Below, in pieces: positions 1 through 10,950 of a stretch of DNA of 38,125 nt. Both the position numbers and the translations under genes were made by a program. The notes below the pieces were generated by a model. It did not search any database. It had not been told where the DNA came from and worked only from the letters and a program-made list of their open reading frames with translations. Position 1 is the stretch's first letter. Each line of letters opens with the position of its first letter. Source of the stretch: Psammoneis japonica (Eukaryota). Location of the stretch: assembly GCA_008632985.1 (NCBI GenBank), contig QPGO01000367.1, positions 1 through 38,125 of the forward strand, given 5' to 3'.

Positions 1-2
1 GA

Positions 3-1358
3 GCCTACTGCCTCAATGATGCGCCCTTTGCCATTGGCAGTCGATATCAAAAGAACCAGGAGGAAACGAACAATTATTTTAAGGGTTTTATGGACTCTGT
101 CCGCGTCTACAATGGGGCGCTAAGTGAAGATGAAGTCCGGTCTGAAATGTTTCGGCAAACTCCTTATTCGGGTGGTCCACTGGTCGGGCAAGTCTTGAAC
201 GGCAGAGGTGAAAAAGACCGTTTCGGGAATTCTATCTCCTTGTCACGCGATGGAATGGTCATGGCTATTGGAGCACCTCAATCTTATAAAACCGGCTATG
301 TCATTGTCAATCGATGCAATCCAGCCACCCAGCAATGGACCCGCATTGGCCAAAGACTGTTTGGACAAGCCGGCGGAGATCAGAGACGTAACATCCCTGG
401 TGATGGCTTCGGCGACTCCGTGTCATTGAATGGAGACGGCACGGTGGTTGCTGCTGCAGCACGATATAATGACAACGGCGGAACAGATGCTGGTCATGTA
501 CGAGTATTTGAATACAATATTGCATCGGATCGTTGGGTCCAACTGGGTAGTGACATTGAAGGACAAACCGGTGATCGATATGGTTTTTCAACATCACTCT
601 CGGACGCTGGAGACATTCTTGCCGTTTTAGCTTTATACACGGATAACGGTGCTATTCTTGGACCTGTTCGATTGTTTCGATATGATGGTGACAGTTCATC
701 CTGGAACCAGCTTGGCCAAACGCTGACGGCTGCAAATAGTGCCTTTGGCCGCTCAGTTTCTTTGAGTCGATCGGGAACCATAGTTGCCATTGGAGCTGCA
801 AGCAGAGAGAGCGATGGTCTGGTGTCAGTGTTTGAGTACAATCCTTCTTCCTCAAAATGGGATCCACTGGGTGATCCGATCATTGGAAAAGTTCCTAAAG
901 GTGAGTTTGGTAGGCCTGTGTCGCTGGACGACAGTGGATTGATCATGGCTGTGGCTGCAAGAGGAAGTCATGAGAGAGTCTTTGTTTACCGCTACGATCG
1001 TTCGACATCAACGTGGACCCAACGCGGTCAAACCCTCTTCACGCAACAGCGTGATGATGAGTTTGGTAAATCAGTGTCGCTGAGCGGAAATGGAAACGTC
1101 TTGGTTATCGGCAGTAGGTTCCATGACTTCGATGGAATGTCGGCGGCGGGTCAAGTTCAAGTTTTTCTATACAACAGCAACGCCAACAAATGGAAACAAT
1201 TGGGAAATCCTTTGTATGGCCTCTCCAAATCTGATTATTTTGGATCTTCCGTGTCCTTGTCGGCAGACGGAAGTGTCTTTGGAGTTGGTGCACCTGGAAG
1301 CAATGCCAATGGTTCCGATTCCGGATCCGCGTATGCATTCACACTCAAAAACCAATAG
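3..1358 (+). CDS. 5'-truncated protein: end of a LamG/concanavalin-A-like domain followed by an FG-GAP/integrin-alpha-type beta-propeller
   Basis: The frame of ORF 90..1358 is open from base 3 (AYCLNDAPFAIGSRYQ...YFKGFMDSVRVYNGALSEDEV, matching the LamG 'F.G.iD.vr.yn.aLs..ev' tail). Seven repeats of 'FG.SVSLS.dG.vlAiGA...G.V.vf.y....W.qlG..l.G' follow. Stop TAG at 1356-1358. Confidence 0.85.
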   Translation, partial: AYCLNDAPFAIGSRYQKNQEETNNYFKGFMDSVRVYNGALSEDEVRSEMFRQTPYSGGPLVGQVLNGRGEKDRFGNSISLSRDGMVMAIGAPQSYKTGYVIVNRCNPATQQWTRIGQRLFGQAGGDQRRNIPGDGFGDSVSLNGDGTVVAAAARYNDNGGTDAGHVRVFEYNIASDRWVQLGSDIEGQTGDRYGFSTSLSDAGDILAVLALYTDNGAILGPVRLFRYDGDSSSWNQLGQTLTAANSAFGRSVSLSRSGTIVAIGAASRESDGLVSVFEYNPSSSKWDPLGDPIIGKVPKGEFGRPVSLDDSGLIMAVAARGSHERVFVYRYDRSTSTWTQRGQTLFTQQRDDEFGKSVSLSGNGNVLVIGSRFHDFDGMSAAGQVQVFLYNSNANKWKQLGNPLYGLSKSDYFGSSVSLSADGSVFGVGAPGSNANGSDSGSAYAFTLKNQ

Positions 1359-1779
1359 ACGTGTTTCGTATTTCATCCTTTTGTGTCGTTTGTATAGAAT
1401 TTTATGACATGTGATTTGCAAGCATCGCTTGCATGTACATCGCAACGACGGCAACAGCAAGGGACAACACCTGTGATTGTACAAGTTTAGGGGAGCGCCA
1501 TTTCGACCCTGCTATCTCTACTCTAGTAGTAGAGAGTAGATTCCTGTGAGGCTTTCGCCGCCTTTCTCGTTCGTCGCTCGTGACGTCGGGCGTGGTCGGG
1601 CGCACTTGCCATGTTGAAATGACAGTTTCCGTGTCTTCGACCTTTGTTGCTAAAAAAATGACCCTCTTCTACAGATGGAGTGGAGATGGCTCTGCCATCG
1701 CGTGACATGTTGTCTCCAAAAACAGAAGCTAGCTGGCAGGGCCGGATGGCAGGAGAGGTGGGAGTGATCAAGAAAACCC

Positions 1780-2640
1780 ACAGCATCTTTTGCTGCTTCT
1801 TTCATTCTTCAGAAGAATGATTTGAGAAGAAACACAGGTGATGGGTTGCCCCAACCCTTTGACTTCAAGGACTGCACACTGTTTTGCTTCTTGTGTCATG
1901 GCATTGGGCATGGCCAGGCGGCCTCCACCAGCTGCCAAAAGCACTTCAAGAAAAAGCCATGGCATGCAACATTTCAACCAAGCTCAAAGAGTTGTGGCCC
2001 ATGAGAGAGCCGCCCTGGTGTGGTTCTGCATGCTGGAGTTTTTTTGCACATTCAGCCAGTGGAAAGCAAGCCCCAAAAACTAAAAAATGTACACTGCACA
2101 TTTGGCTTGTCCTTGTCTGCCACAAGTGTTGGAAGACAAGATGTTTGAGAGATGGGCACTTGCAGCCAGGCCCACCGTGCTTTGCACATCTGGGATGGAG
2201 GAGCATGCTGCAAGGGATGAAGATTGTGTCCCACCCTTGTTGTGGCATGCAGTGGTGTGGCACAATCAAGGTGGATGGCACTTGGGGTTGATGACTGCAA
2301 TGGACTTGTGCGAGCCACACAAATCGGCGGGAAGTGCGAAGCCTCCTGCTGGAGTTGGAGCTCCAGCTGAAAGAGTCACAGCAACTTTTCATGTTCTCAG
2401 CTGGCAGCAACACATTCGTCATTGGTCATTGGCCATTGCTTTCTCTGCTTGTTGATGTTCTTCACAAACAGTGCAGAGTGCAGCACCCCAGGAGATGCGG
2501 TCTGACAGCACCATCCAAAACGTGCACCGAAATCCGGGTTTTTCTCTTTGGTGTGTTTGTGTGCAAATTTGTTGCAGACGTGTGTCCTCATTCGAGGTGC
2601 ATGCAGAGCAAATGTGCACCGTTCTACAAAGAGTTTTGCA
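1780..2640. other. TpA- and CpG-depleted, TpG/CpA-rich domain 1 (degenerate sequence of unidentified origin)
   Basis: By eye, almost no TA and few CG, with overlapping Cys/His-rich ORFs in most frames. Edges are approximate. Confidence 0.7.
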
Positions 2641-2919
2641 TGCACCAGTTACACAGGAGGCAAACGAAAAAATTCGGGAGCTCGCTCGTTACGAAAACAT
2701 TCGGAGTTCTGCGGGACTCAGGGATCAGTCATGGTGGCGCATTTGTCTTGTTACACGACTTGGGTCCCAAAACACGATTCGCTTTTGGAATTCCAGCGAA
2801 AGCTCGACACGACACGTCATTCAATCCACCATGATGGAGAAAAGCAAATAATGGAAGCGGCGATTGCCTCTCGCCTTAAAGCAAAAGTAAAACGACACTC
2901 AACATAAAACCATTATTTT

Positions 2920-4830
2920 ATGATGATACGTTCCTCTGTTTTATCGCAGGTTCGACGACGTCACGTGGTTGCTGCCAGTCTCGTAAGCACTGGTGCTGCT
3001 GCAACGTACTACACTTTGAATAGCGAAAAGACGCTCGGGCTTCGTCGGCAGTCTCAATTTTGGGGACGAGTCTTTCCTGTTGTGGCCGACTATTATTGGC
3101 ATTTCGGAAGCAAGAGCCCTTATGTTAAATATCAAGAGTGGAGAAATGGCAGTGACGAGATGAAGATTGATAACACAAAGCAGCTTGCAGAGCTGCACAA
3201 GCGACACGCTCCCGAGATTCTTCAAGCCATGCTTGATTTGAAGGGACTTTATGTTAAATTGGGCCAGGTGTTGTCTGTCACCGCGCTTCCTATACCAGAC
3301 GAATACCGCGATCGTTTTCGGACGTTGCAGAGTGACGTACCTGGATACGAAGAATTTGAAGTTGTAAAGAAGGTACTGGAAGATGAGTTCAACACGGACG
3401 ACATTGAATCCATATTTTCCTTCATTGATCCCGTACCCTGTGGTGCTGCATCGATTGGACAAGCACACCGCGCCGTGCTAAAAGAATCGTCGGAAGATGT
3501 CATTGTGAAGGTTCAGTATCCTGACGCATCGTGGCAAGTGCCGGCAGATATTCAATGTGTAGGCGATTTGTTAAAGATTTGCGTTTGGACCGGTGTGGTC
3601 GAAGAATCCGCTGCCAACATGTCTTTTGGAGAATTTTCTCGACAGTTTCTCTCCGAGCTGGATTATACCACGGAGCAAAACAATTTGCAAGAAACCTACG
3701 AATCGTCCATCCATGATCCGGAAGCTCCGTATCGTAAACGAGGTGTGTTGGTGCCAGAGGTCTATCGAGATTTGTCTACTGAAAAGGTAATTACCATGTC
3801 GTATCTCCGGGGTCCGAAACTAGAAGAAGAAGCAAGGCGGCAAATGGAAATGCTCGGCATCGACACTAAACGAGGTATCGGTACTATTGTCCGTGATGCA
3901 GCTCGAGAGGCAGCCAGTGACAAGATTGACGAAGTCGACGAGGACACGTTTGCGTCCGAGGCTACATTGGCACCGAAAAGCTCATGGAAGGTGGCGCTCG
4001 CGAAACGGGTTGGAAATATTCTCGGCGTGGACAAGGCTCTCTGGACGATACGACAAGCGCGCAGAATCGTGCTCTGGTCTGTGGGGGCGACGGCTAGTAC
4101 AATTGGATGGGCAGGATGGATTCTGCCGCAGTCTTGGAAGGAGTGGAGCGAGTCACACGCTCAAGCATATCAGCAAGCCCAGCGCTTGGCTCTAACGCAA
4201 TCCTGGATTGACTCTTTATTCGATGTGCATGGCTACCAAATATTCCAAGCCGGTCTGTTTAATTCGGATTGTCATCCTGGAAACATTCTTGTGATTGAAG
4301 AGGACGACGGCAGTCCAGCGACTCGGTTGGGATTGATTGATTACGGCCAATGCAAACGTCTGACCCCATCCGAGCAACTTCGAGTCGCTGAATTAGTGTT
4401 GAGCGTCGCCAACAATGATTCGGAAGAAAAGATTGCGTCTGCCTTTCGCAATCTAGGCGTGCAAACCAAGAACGACTCGACCGAATTTTTGGCAGAAATG
4501 GCTCATCTCATGTTTGGACCGTTTAAAACCCAGCATTTGGACCATGCCTATCACAAAAAGTTACATGCAATGGATCGCATCACATACTTTCCAAAAGAGT
4601 TGTCCATGGTCTATCGAACGTCGCTGCTTCTTCGTGGTCTTGCTGTCTCATTACAAGTGAATGCATCCGTCAGTGAACAGTGGCGGAGGCATGCGCAAGC
4701 TGCTGTAGAGCGGTACGGCGACAAGCCAATAGAGATTGAAACCCGAGAAACGAAAACTGATGTTTCGTTTTCAAACTTGTTACGGCGAGGAGAGAAGGCA
4801 GTGGATAGTGGCATGACAGCGGCAGTTTAA
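2920..4830 (+). CDS. ABC1/UbiB/aarF-family atypical protein kinase
   Basis: 636-aa intact ORF with family motifs GLYVKLGQ, AASIGQAHRA, VIVKVQYP, ELDY..E, VPEVY..LST.KVITM, DCHPGNIL and LIDYGQ. The N-terminus is Arg/Ser-rich, resembling a transit peptide. Confidence 0.93.
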   Translation: MMIRSSVLSQVRRRHVVAASLVSTGAAATYYTLNSEKTLGLRRQSQFWGRVFPVVADYYWHFGSKSPYVKYQEWRNGSDEMKIDNTKQLAELHKRHAPEILQAMLDLKGLYVKLGQVLSVTALPIPDEYRDRFRTLQSDVPGYEEFEVVKKVLEDEFNTDDIESIFSFIDPVPCGAASIGQAHRAVLKESSEDVIVKVQYPDASWQVPADIQCVGDLLKICVWTGVVEESAANMSFGEFSRQFLSELDYTTEQNNLQETYESSIHDPEAPYRKRGVLVPEVYRDLSTEKVITMSYLRGPKLEEEARRQMEMLGIDTKRGIGTIVRDAAREAASDKIDEVDEDTFASEATLAPKSSWKVALAKRVGNILGVDKALWTIRQARRIVLWSVGATASTIGWAGWILPQSWKEWSESHAQAYQQAQRLALTQSWIDSLFDVHGYQIFQAGLFNSDCHPGNILVIEEDDGSPATRLGLIDYGQCKRLTPSEQLRVAELVLSVANNDSEEKIASAFRNLGVQTKNDSTEFLAEMAHLMFGPFKTQHLDHAYHKKLHAMDRITYFPKELSMVYRTSLLLRGLAVSLQVNASVSEQWRRHAQAAVERYGDKPIEIETRETKTDVSFSNLLRRGEKAVDSGMTAAV

Positions 4831-5552
4831 TTTTAATCTGAGCTCGTTAGAAATCAGGCTCTTCTGTTCTAAACTATGTTGTCGATAGCCTGACGTTGCT
4901 GCTCGCTTCGTGCTGGAGGTTGACAAAGTCGCCATCAAGTTTGTATGAAGCGACGGTGGAGCATTCAGATACTCCGTCATGGAAGTGCAAAAGACTTTCA
5001 CAATCCTGCGCTGGAGGATACGAAATATGGTTGACTTCTGACGGAGGAGCATTGCATCCGTTAGTCCACCGGTTCATCTTAGAGAATTCATCAATAGCTT
5101 TAGTATTGTATTGACCAGACTACAAAGCTGTTGATCGGACCATGTGAAAGCTATGATAGCTAGCTTTGGACCCGCTACTGTTGTCGGCGTGCTGTCCTCC
5201 CTTATCTTTGTTGTCATAGCTACAACTTTTTGCGACTCCTGCGACATCATGGACGCGAGGCGCAAAAGCATCTTTCTCGCGGTCCACAGTCTGGTCTGGC
5301 TCTGCTATCTACATAAGAACACTGTAGATGCCTTCTCCCAGACCCAAAGCTGGGATAGCAGGCGGGAGAGATGGGGGGCGATTAAAAGTTTCCTACGATG
5401 GTGGCTGTTGTCTGCGACAACAAGACGATGTGTGCACGTCTGCGGTCGATCGCGGTGGTTGCGCTGGGAACTCTGCGAATGTATGAACCTGCCTTTTTGT
5501 GAAATAACATCTCTCCTTTATTATTGATCCTACTTGTACGGTAGGGCCCTAG

Positions 5553-8285
5553 CTAAGATAAAATGTAGTCACTCCAGTCCAACCCACTAAAAAAGCTCAC
5601 CATCAAATCACCGATACGAGGAGCATTGACAAGCTTTGATTCTGGGCAGAAATCAATTTCACCAAGTACTTCCTCAATGCAATCCCATTCATAGTCCCAA
5701 TCAAAGGCCTTTTTGACTAGTTCAGCAAAGTCTCTGAGTTGACAAGCAACTGCAATGAAATCAATCCGAATCTCACCAAATCGGTCAACATCATGTCGAA
5801 CCGCTTCGCATGCTTTCTTGATGAAGACTTCGCACTCTGTCACATCATCCCACTCTGAGTAGTCCTTGTGTAAAACTACTCTGCAGAACTGACTTAAGTC
5901 ACTTGCACGAAGCATGCACGCCATGGATCGTCTGAAAGCGGTTTGCTGGTTACGATCATTGGTGTATCGATTTCGGGACGGCTGCATCCCGTTTTTCACT
6001 TTCATGTAGTCCAGTGCAACAGACACGTCGCGAATAGAGAGGCCAGTTCCTAGAAGAAAAGTCTTGGTAAAGTCCCCCTGGGATGAACTTTTGCCTGTCA
6101 TCCAAATCCCTGGAACCTTGGAGAAGATGCGATCGAGCTTCTCCAAGAATCCAAGTCTTTCCGCTACAATGTGCCTGCATCGCAGTGCGTTGTACAAATG
6201 CAGGACTTCACGTAAGCGTCTTCGAAGGTAATAAGTCGAAAAATGCGTACCAATAGAGACAAAGTACGCGGAATATGATCCTGCCATCAATGGATTCCAA
6301 TGCGAGACAGATACGGACGTGGCGGATACAGGCGGCCACTCTGGACGAGCTTCGTGAGCGTGCATCGCAAAAAAGTTTTTCAAAAGGCTTTTGGAATATG
6401 TTTGCGACGAAAGCTGGAGTTTGTGCATGTAGGAGACAGAAGCGGATTCTGCCTTTTCTCCGAGTCTTCTAACATGACTGTTTCCTTGCAGAGCCATGAT
6501 CGAAGTGAGTAGCGCGTGAAAACCAAAAGTGATAACCATGGGAACAGGGCCACCACGGTCATTCTGAAGGTATTCAACCAAAGAATACACTAGTGGAACA
6601 ACCTGAGGTATGCATGGGTTGTCAAGAACAGGAGGCTTAACTTCATTGCTACAAGCAGCAATGAGTTCTGGTAGCACCTCTGAGACTAGGAGATGGTCAA
6701 GGTCACCACGAATCTGTCTTGCAAAGTGCGTGTCTTCGTGCCATTTAAACTCAAACGTGTTGTCGCCAGCCAAAGCAACGCTCTTACATGCCTTTGCAGT
6801 AATATTTCTCGTTGGGTGCATGTACGAGAACACCGACTGAAGAAGCTTTTGAGTGTTAAGGATACACCGTCGATTTCCAATATATTTGTAATGGTACAGA
6901 AATTCCTCCCGAATCTTGTTGGAATCTTCTTCCAGAACAACATGGCAAACATCCGTTGCAAGCTTCTCAGCCTCTTCCAGCATAGTTTCCTTTTCCCAGT
7001 TCCCGTTCGGTAGGCCAAGTTTGGAGCCAAAGGCTTTGATAGCCTTGCTAGTATCAAGGCCCTCTATGGCAAAACAAGACTCCGCCACGTCTCCAATAAG
7101 ATGGGTGAGTAAGTGTGGATGCGACTGATTTGAATAGGAAGCGACTTCAGCGTATGCCTTGGACGCAGAAAGAGCAGGAGAGACAAAGACAACCGCCACC
7201 AAGTCGTAGAAGGACCGAATGTGCGGATGCTCCAGCGTCAGTTCCGCCCAAGTCGACTTGACGCAGTCCATGCAGATGTTAGTTGTGATAGCACCCTCCA
7301 TCAAGTAGACCATTAGTTGGTCATTGTCAAAGTCTTCAATACAAACGTGTTTGATAGTATCAAATCGCTCCCGGATCACGCCCATAAGACTGTCCATTGT
7401 CTCCAAGAACGCAATGCACTGGAACCGATCGTCCGCTCGGATCAAGTCTTCTTGTTGGGACATTGACAATGGCAGAGAAGTGCTTGGTGATGCTTGAGGT
7501 GGTGATGGTGGCCTAGTCGGTGCTTCTACTGCTTCAGAATCCAGCAAGTCTTCTTGTTGGGACGTTGACAATGGCAGAGAAGTGCTTGGTGATGCTTGAG
7601 GTGGTGATGGTGGCCTAGTCGGTGCTTCTACTGCTTCAGAATCCAGCTCGCTGTAGTCGAGATTCCATACATCGTGGTGGACGTCCTTGAGAGCATCAAA
7701 ACGCCCCCCTTGTACAGCAGCATTCCTTGTCTCTGACGCTTTCCCACACCCTCGACTGTTCAAACATTGCAGCTTTTTGGCAACAGCATTGGAAATCTTG
7801 AGAACATCGCGGCAATACTCGAGCACGGATATGATGTATTGGTGCCCCTTGCAGTGGTCCCCGTGCTTGCGGGCCTGTTCTTGGCGATGACGAATACTCG
7901 TATGGAGACAATCAAAGACGGATTGGTCCACGACAATGAGTTTTGTGCGTTTGTCGCGTCGTGCTTTGCTGCTTTTCTTCGTCTCGACACGTTCGGCAAT
8001 CCTCATACTCTGTTGCAGGATCGTTTCTGCGCCACGCTTGTAATCGTCAACAGACATTAGGCGATAACCTCGAGGGAGTAATTTGGCAAGTCCATCTCGA
8101 AAGGCCTCTGTAGCCTTCTTATAGCTAGCATAGACCCCCTTTGGCTGATGCTGCTGTTGATTGGACGACGACGACTCGTTCTCTCCAAAGCCAAAGTCGA
8201 AATCTGAAGGGGCTTTGTTGCTGTTATTTCGTTGGACGGGTCGTCCATCACTTTTGGATTTCTTTCTCCTCTTTGATGTTGACAT
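5553..8285 (-). CDS. DUF6604-like domain protein, 910 aa
   Basis: Intact long ORF. The N-terminal 'YASYKKATEAF...SIRHR...GHQYIISVLE', then 'GRFDAL', 'NPLMAG' and 'LHLYNAL', resemble the eukaryotic DUF6604 family. The family call is from motif recall, not a search. Confidence 0.7.
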   Translation of the reverse strand: MSTSKRRKKSKSDGRPVQRNNSNKAPSDFDFGFGENESSSSNQQQHQPKGVYASYKKATEAFRDGLAKLLPRGYRLMSVDDYKRGAETILQQSMRIAERVETKKSSKARRDKRTKLIVVDQSVFDCLHTSIRHRQEQARKHGDHCKGHQYIISVLEYCRDVLKISNAVAKKLQCLNSRGCGKASETRNAAVQGGRFDALKDVHHDVWNLDYSELDSEAVEAPTRPPSPPQASPSTSLPLSTSQQEDLLDSEAVEAPTRPPSPPQASPSTSLPLSMSQQEDLIRADDRFQCIAFLETMDSLMGVIRERFDTIKHVCIEDFDNDQLMVYLMEGAITTNICMDCVKSTWAELTLEHPHIRSFYDLVAVVFVSPALSASKAYAEVASYSNQSHPHLLTHLIGDVAESCFAIEGLDTSKAIKAFGSKLGLPNGNWEKETMLEEAEKLATDVCHVVLEEDSNKIREEFLYHYKYIGNRRCILNTQKLLQSVFSYMHPTRNITAKACKSVALAGDNTFEFKWHEDTHFARQIRGDLDHLLVSEVLPELIAACSNEVKPPVLDNPCIPQVVPLVYSLVEYLQNDRGGPVPMVITFGFHALLTSIMALQGNSHVRRLGEKAESASVSYMHKLQLSSQTYSKSLLKNFFAMHAHEARPEWPPVSATSVSVSHWNPLMAGSYSAYFVSIGTHFSTYYLRRRLREVLHLYNALRCRHIVAERLGFLEKLDRIFSKVPGIWMTGKSSSQGDFTKTFLLGTGLSIRDVSVALDYMKVKNGMQPSRNRYTNDRNQQTAFRRSMACMLRASDLSQFCRVVLHKDYSEWDDVTECEVFIKKACEAVRHDVDRFGEIRIDFIAVACQLRDFAELVKKAFDWDYEWDCIEEVLGEIDFCPESKLVNAPRIGDLMVSFFSGLDWSDYILS
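7443..7646. repeat. In-frame 102-bp tandem duplication (34 aa) within the DUF6604-like CDS
   Basis: 7443-7544 and 7545-7646 are identical apart from one substitution (cattg/cgttg). They encode LDSEAVEAPTRPPSPPQASPSTSLPLS(T/M)SQQEDL twice. Confidence 0.97.
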
Positions 8286-8476
8286 TGAAATTGTTTGGTT
8301 CTCGTCGGCTGATCTTTAGCGGCTCGTGGCGTGCTGCATTTATCGCAACATACAGTATGATGTTGTCGATTGTGTTGAGAAAGTTGATCGTTTTCATCGC
8401 TTCATGCTTCATCGCGGTTTTGGCGCCGCATGATCTATGTAATGTCGGTGTCCATGCTGTACATGATTTCTGCACA

Positions 8477-8627
8477 GAGGCAGGGGGGNNNNNNNNNNNN
8501 NGGGGGGGGGGCAGCAAAAAAGAAAAGAAAACAAGAAGGGGCACAAAACACTGAGGCAGGGGGGGGGGCAGCAAAAAGAAAACACAACAAGAAGGGGCAA
8601 AACACAAGAGCACCACTCTGCAGGTGA
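8477..8627 (+). repeat. Two ~75-bp purine-rich direct repeats with poly-G runs; assembly gap (13 N, 8489-8501) in the first
   Basis: gaggcag(G)n cagcaaaaa..gaaaa...caagaaggggca..aaacac occurs at 8477 and 8553. Confidence 0.8.
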
Positions 8628-10950
8628 AGCAAAAAAGGGCACTTGCCAAGGATGCCAACAAGCACATTGGCAATTTTTGCATGCTGTCCACACAAAATTT
8701 GTTTCATTTTTGCACTTCTTTTTGTGTGGGCAGCAGCCAGTGGTGACCACCACACCCTGCAGACAAAGCAGCTGTCGCCTGGTGTGATTTTTCATCAGCT
8801 TGCATTTTTGCTCCAAAGCAACTGAAACATGTGCATGCAAGCAAAGCCTCCCACTCATCACAATTTTTTCTTGAACATTGGTGTGCCCCCAATGGTGGCT
8901 GAGACTCGCACAATGCAAAATTGCACAGTCTCCAAATGTGAAATCTGTGTGAGTGCAGAGCTGGCAAATGCAAAGTCCATGCAAAGCTTGCATTGTTGAA
9001 ATCTGCAAACATTCTGCACATTTGACATTTTTGCAGCCTCTGCATTTGTGGACCCTGCAAAGATTCAGCAATGAGTGGAGAAATCTGGCTGACAAATGCC
9101 GCTGTGCATCACATTTGAAAGAACATTTCCACCAAACAATGTGTCTGTTTTTTCACATTCAATCCTGAAGATTTTGTGGACAGCACAGTGAGCAACAGCA
9201 AGCACAAAATGCCACGTCAATTTTCTCTGCTGTGAGTCAGCAAGGTGCAGAGGATGGTCACACAAATTGTGCAAAACTGTGTGGTTGCTGGTTGTTGAAT
9301 CACAATGAAAACAACCCACTCAAATTTTCCATTGTGCACCCACCAGGCAGTGCTGCACAAGTTTTTTCTTTCCAGGAGTGTTTGTGCAACTGTCTGTTCA
9401 TGTCAGTGCCCAGCACATTGGCTGGCAAAAGCCCAGCTGCATGAGACCCCATGATGCAAGCTGATGACAGGATCCAAGAGGTGTGTGTGGCAACAACACC
9501 AGTGTCAAAGCACATTGAACACATGCGATGCCTCGTTCACTTGCCCTCAATCCTCCGCTGTCAAAAAAAAGCAGGTGTCAATGTTTCAAAAGGGTTGGCA
9601 TGTGAGAGTGGCTCCATTGCTGCAACAAGGCACCATCGTTGTCATGGTTTTCAAGCTCCAATGCCCAAATGCTTGCACTCCTGTTTCTTTCATCTAATTT
9701 GGAACAAGCCACACTGCACAGCCAATTGACATGATGGATGATGGGCTCTCACACACACCAGAAGCAACATGCAATGCGTGCATTTGTGTGTGTCATCTCC
9801 ATCGTGCTTTGGCCACAAACTGCAGCCAACTCTAAAACAATGGCTGTTGTTTGTGAGCTGGCATGCCACAATTGTTCCAGCAGTGCAAGTGGCAAAACTG
9901 CAATCTCATCATTTCCCACACAACTGTTGACTCACACATCAACCAAGTTCTGCCATCAGCCACCTCACACACTCCTCCTCCTGTGTTTGAGTCTGCACGG
10001 CATTCTGAAAAATCAAAGAACACACCCACACAAGAGAGAGCAGTTATTCTGCAGACATTGGCACGTCAATGATGGTGTGCGTTCTCTCTTTGCACGCCAC
10101 ACGCAGCACCAGGGTTGTTTTTTTTTTCTGCAGAGGAGAAAACACGTGGTTTTTGCAGCTGCCTCTTTTGAGCCTGAGACTGGATGCTCATCTTGCTGGC
10201 ACTGTTGGGAAGGAAGTGATTCTCCACTCTGCCGCAACTCTTCTTCCCCAAATCACCATCTTGTGAATGCCATGCTGATGTTGTTCGAGATGAAGAAAGA
10301 CCGGTTCAATTTGAATTTTTTTGTGGTCTTTGTCTGAATGTAAAGGCTCTTCATTGTGGCGCATCAATTCGAGATGTGAAAGAGGAGATGAAGTGTCTGT
10401 GCAGAACAATTGTCAACCTTGTGTCCAGCAGAACTCCAAATTCCTTCGTAACGAGCTCCCGAAATTCGGAAAGGTTCAACGAGATTTAACACAACAGGTT
10501 CAACAAGATTCAACATGACAGGACAAGTGGAGAATCTCATCTGCAGTGCAGCGAAGATGGTGCAATGTTCACCCAGGCCTGGCACTCGCACTGCACCTGA
10601 CAAGATGACAGCAAAGGAAGTGGACAAATGCATGACACCCCAATCACTGCATTGCAAATCATCTCATCTGCAGTGCAGCGAAGATGGCACAATGGTTGCC
10701 CAGGCTCAGCACTCGCACCCACAACAACACGACAGCAGAGGAGGAATGACAATGACACCGGTCCAAGGAAAGAATTGTTGCCAACGATTTCGATTCTCCG
10801 CAAAAGAATTCTGGTGTCCACGGTCAATGGATGACCCGCAAATTATGTGCGCAAACCACACCCACTTTTTTGGTTGTTTGACAGAAATCACGACAGCCAG
10901 AGGGAGTGGTGTCTGGGTTGTTTGGCAACAAAAGAGACAACAAGGTGACA

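Larger units (their letters stand above)
6685..10158 (+). repeat. Segmental duplication, copy A (direct repeat with ~14284-18080)
   Basis: Colinear anchors: agatggtcaaggtcacca 6691/14291; ttgagagcatcaaaacgcccccct 7688/15201; acatgatt..gaggcag 8461/16113; tttgaaagaacatttcca 9114/16728; gtgagagtggctccatt 9602/17553; aatcaaagaacacac 10011/17938; aaacac.tggt ~10140/18062. Confidence 0.88.

Noticed and set aside
5144..5527. 127-aa ORF between the ABC1 kinase and DUF6604-like genes
   Set aside because: Non-ATG start in the track and no recognisable motif. It lies in the convergent 3' region and cannot be supported.
8483..8570. Poly-G tracts as G-quadruplex regulatory elements
   Set aside because: One run spans an assembly gap, so its length and the repeat structure are unreliable.
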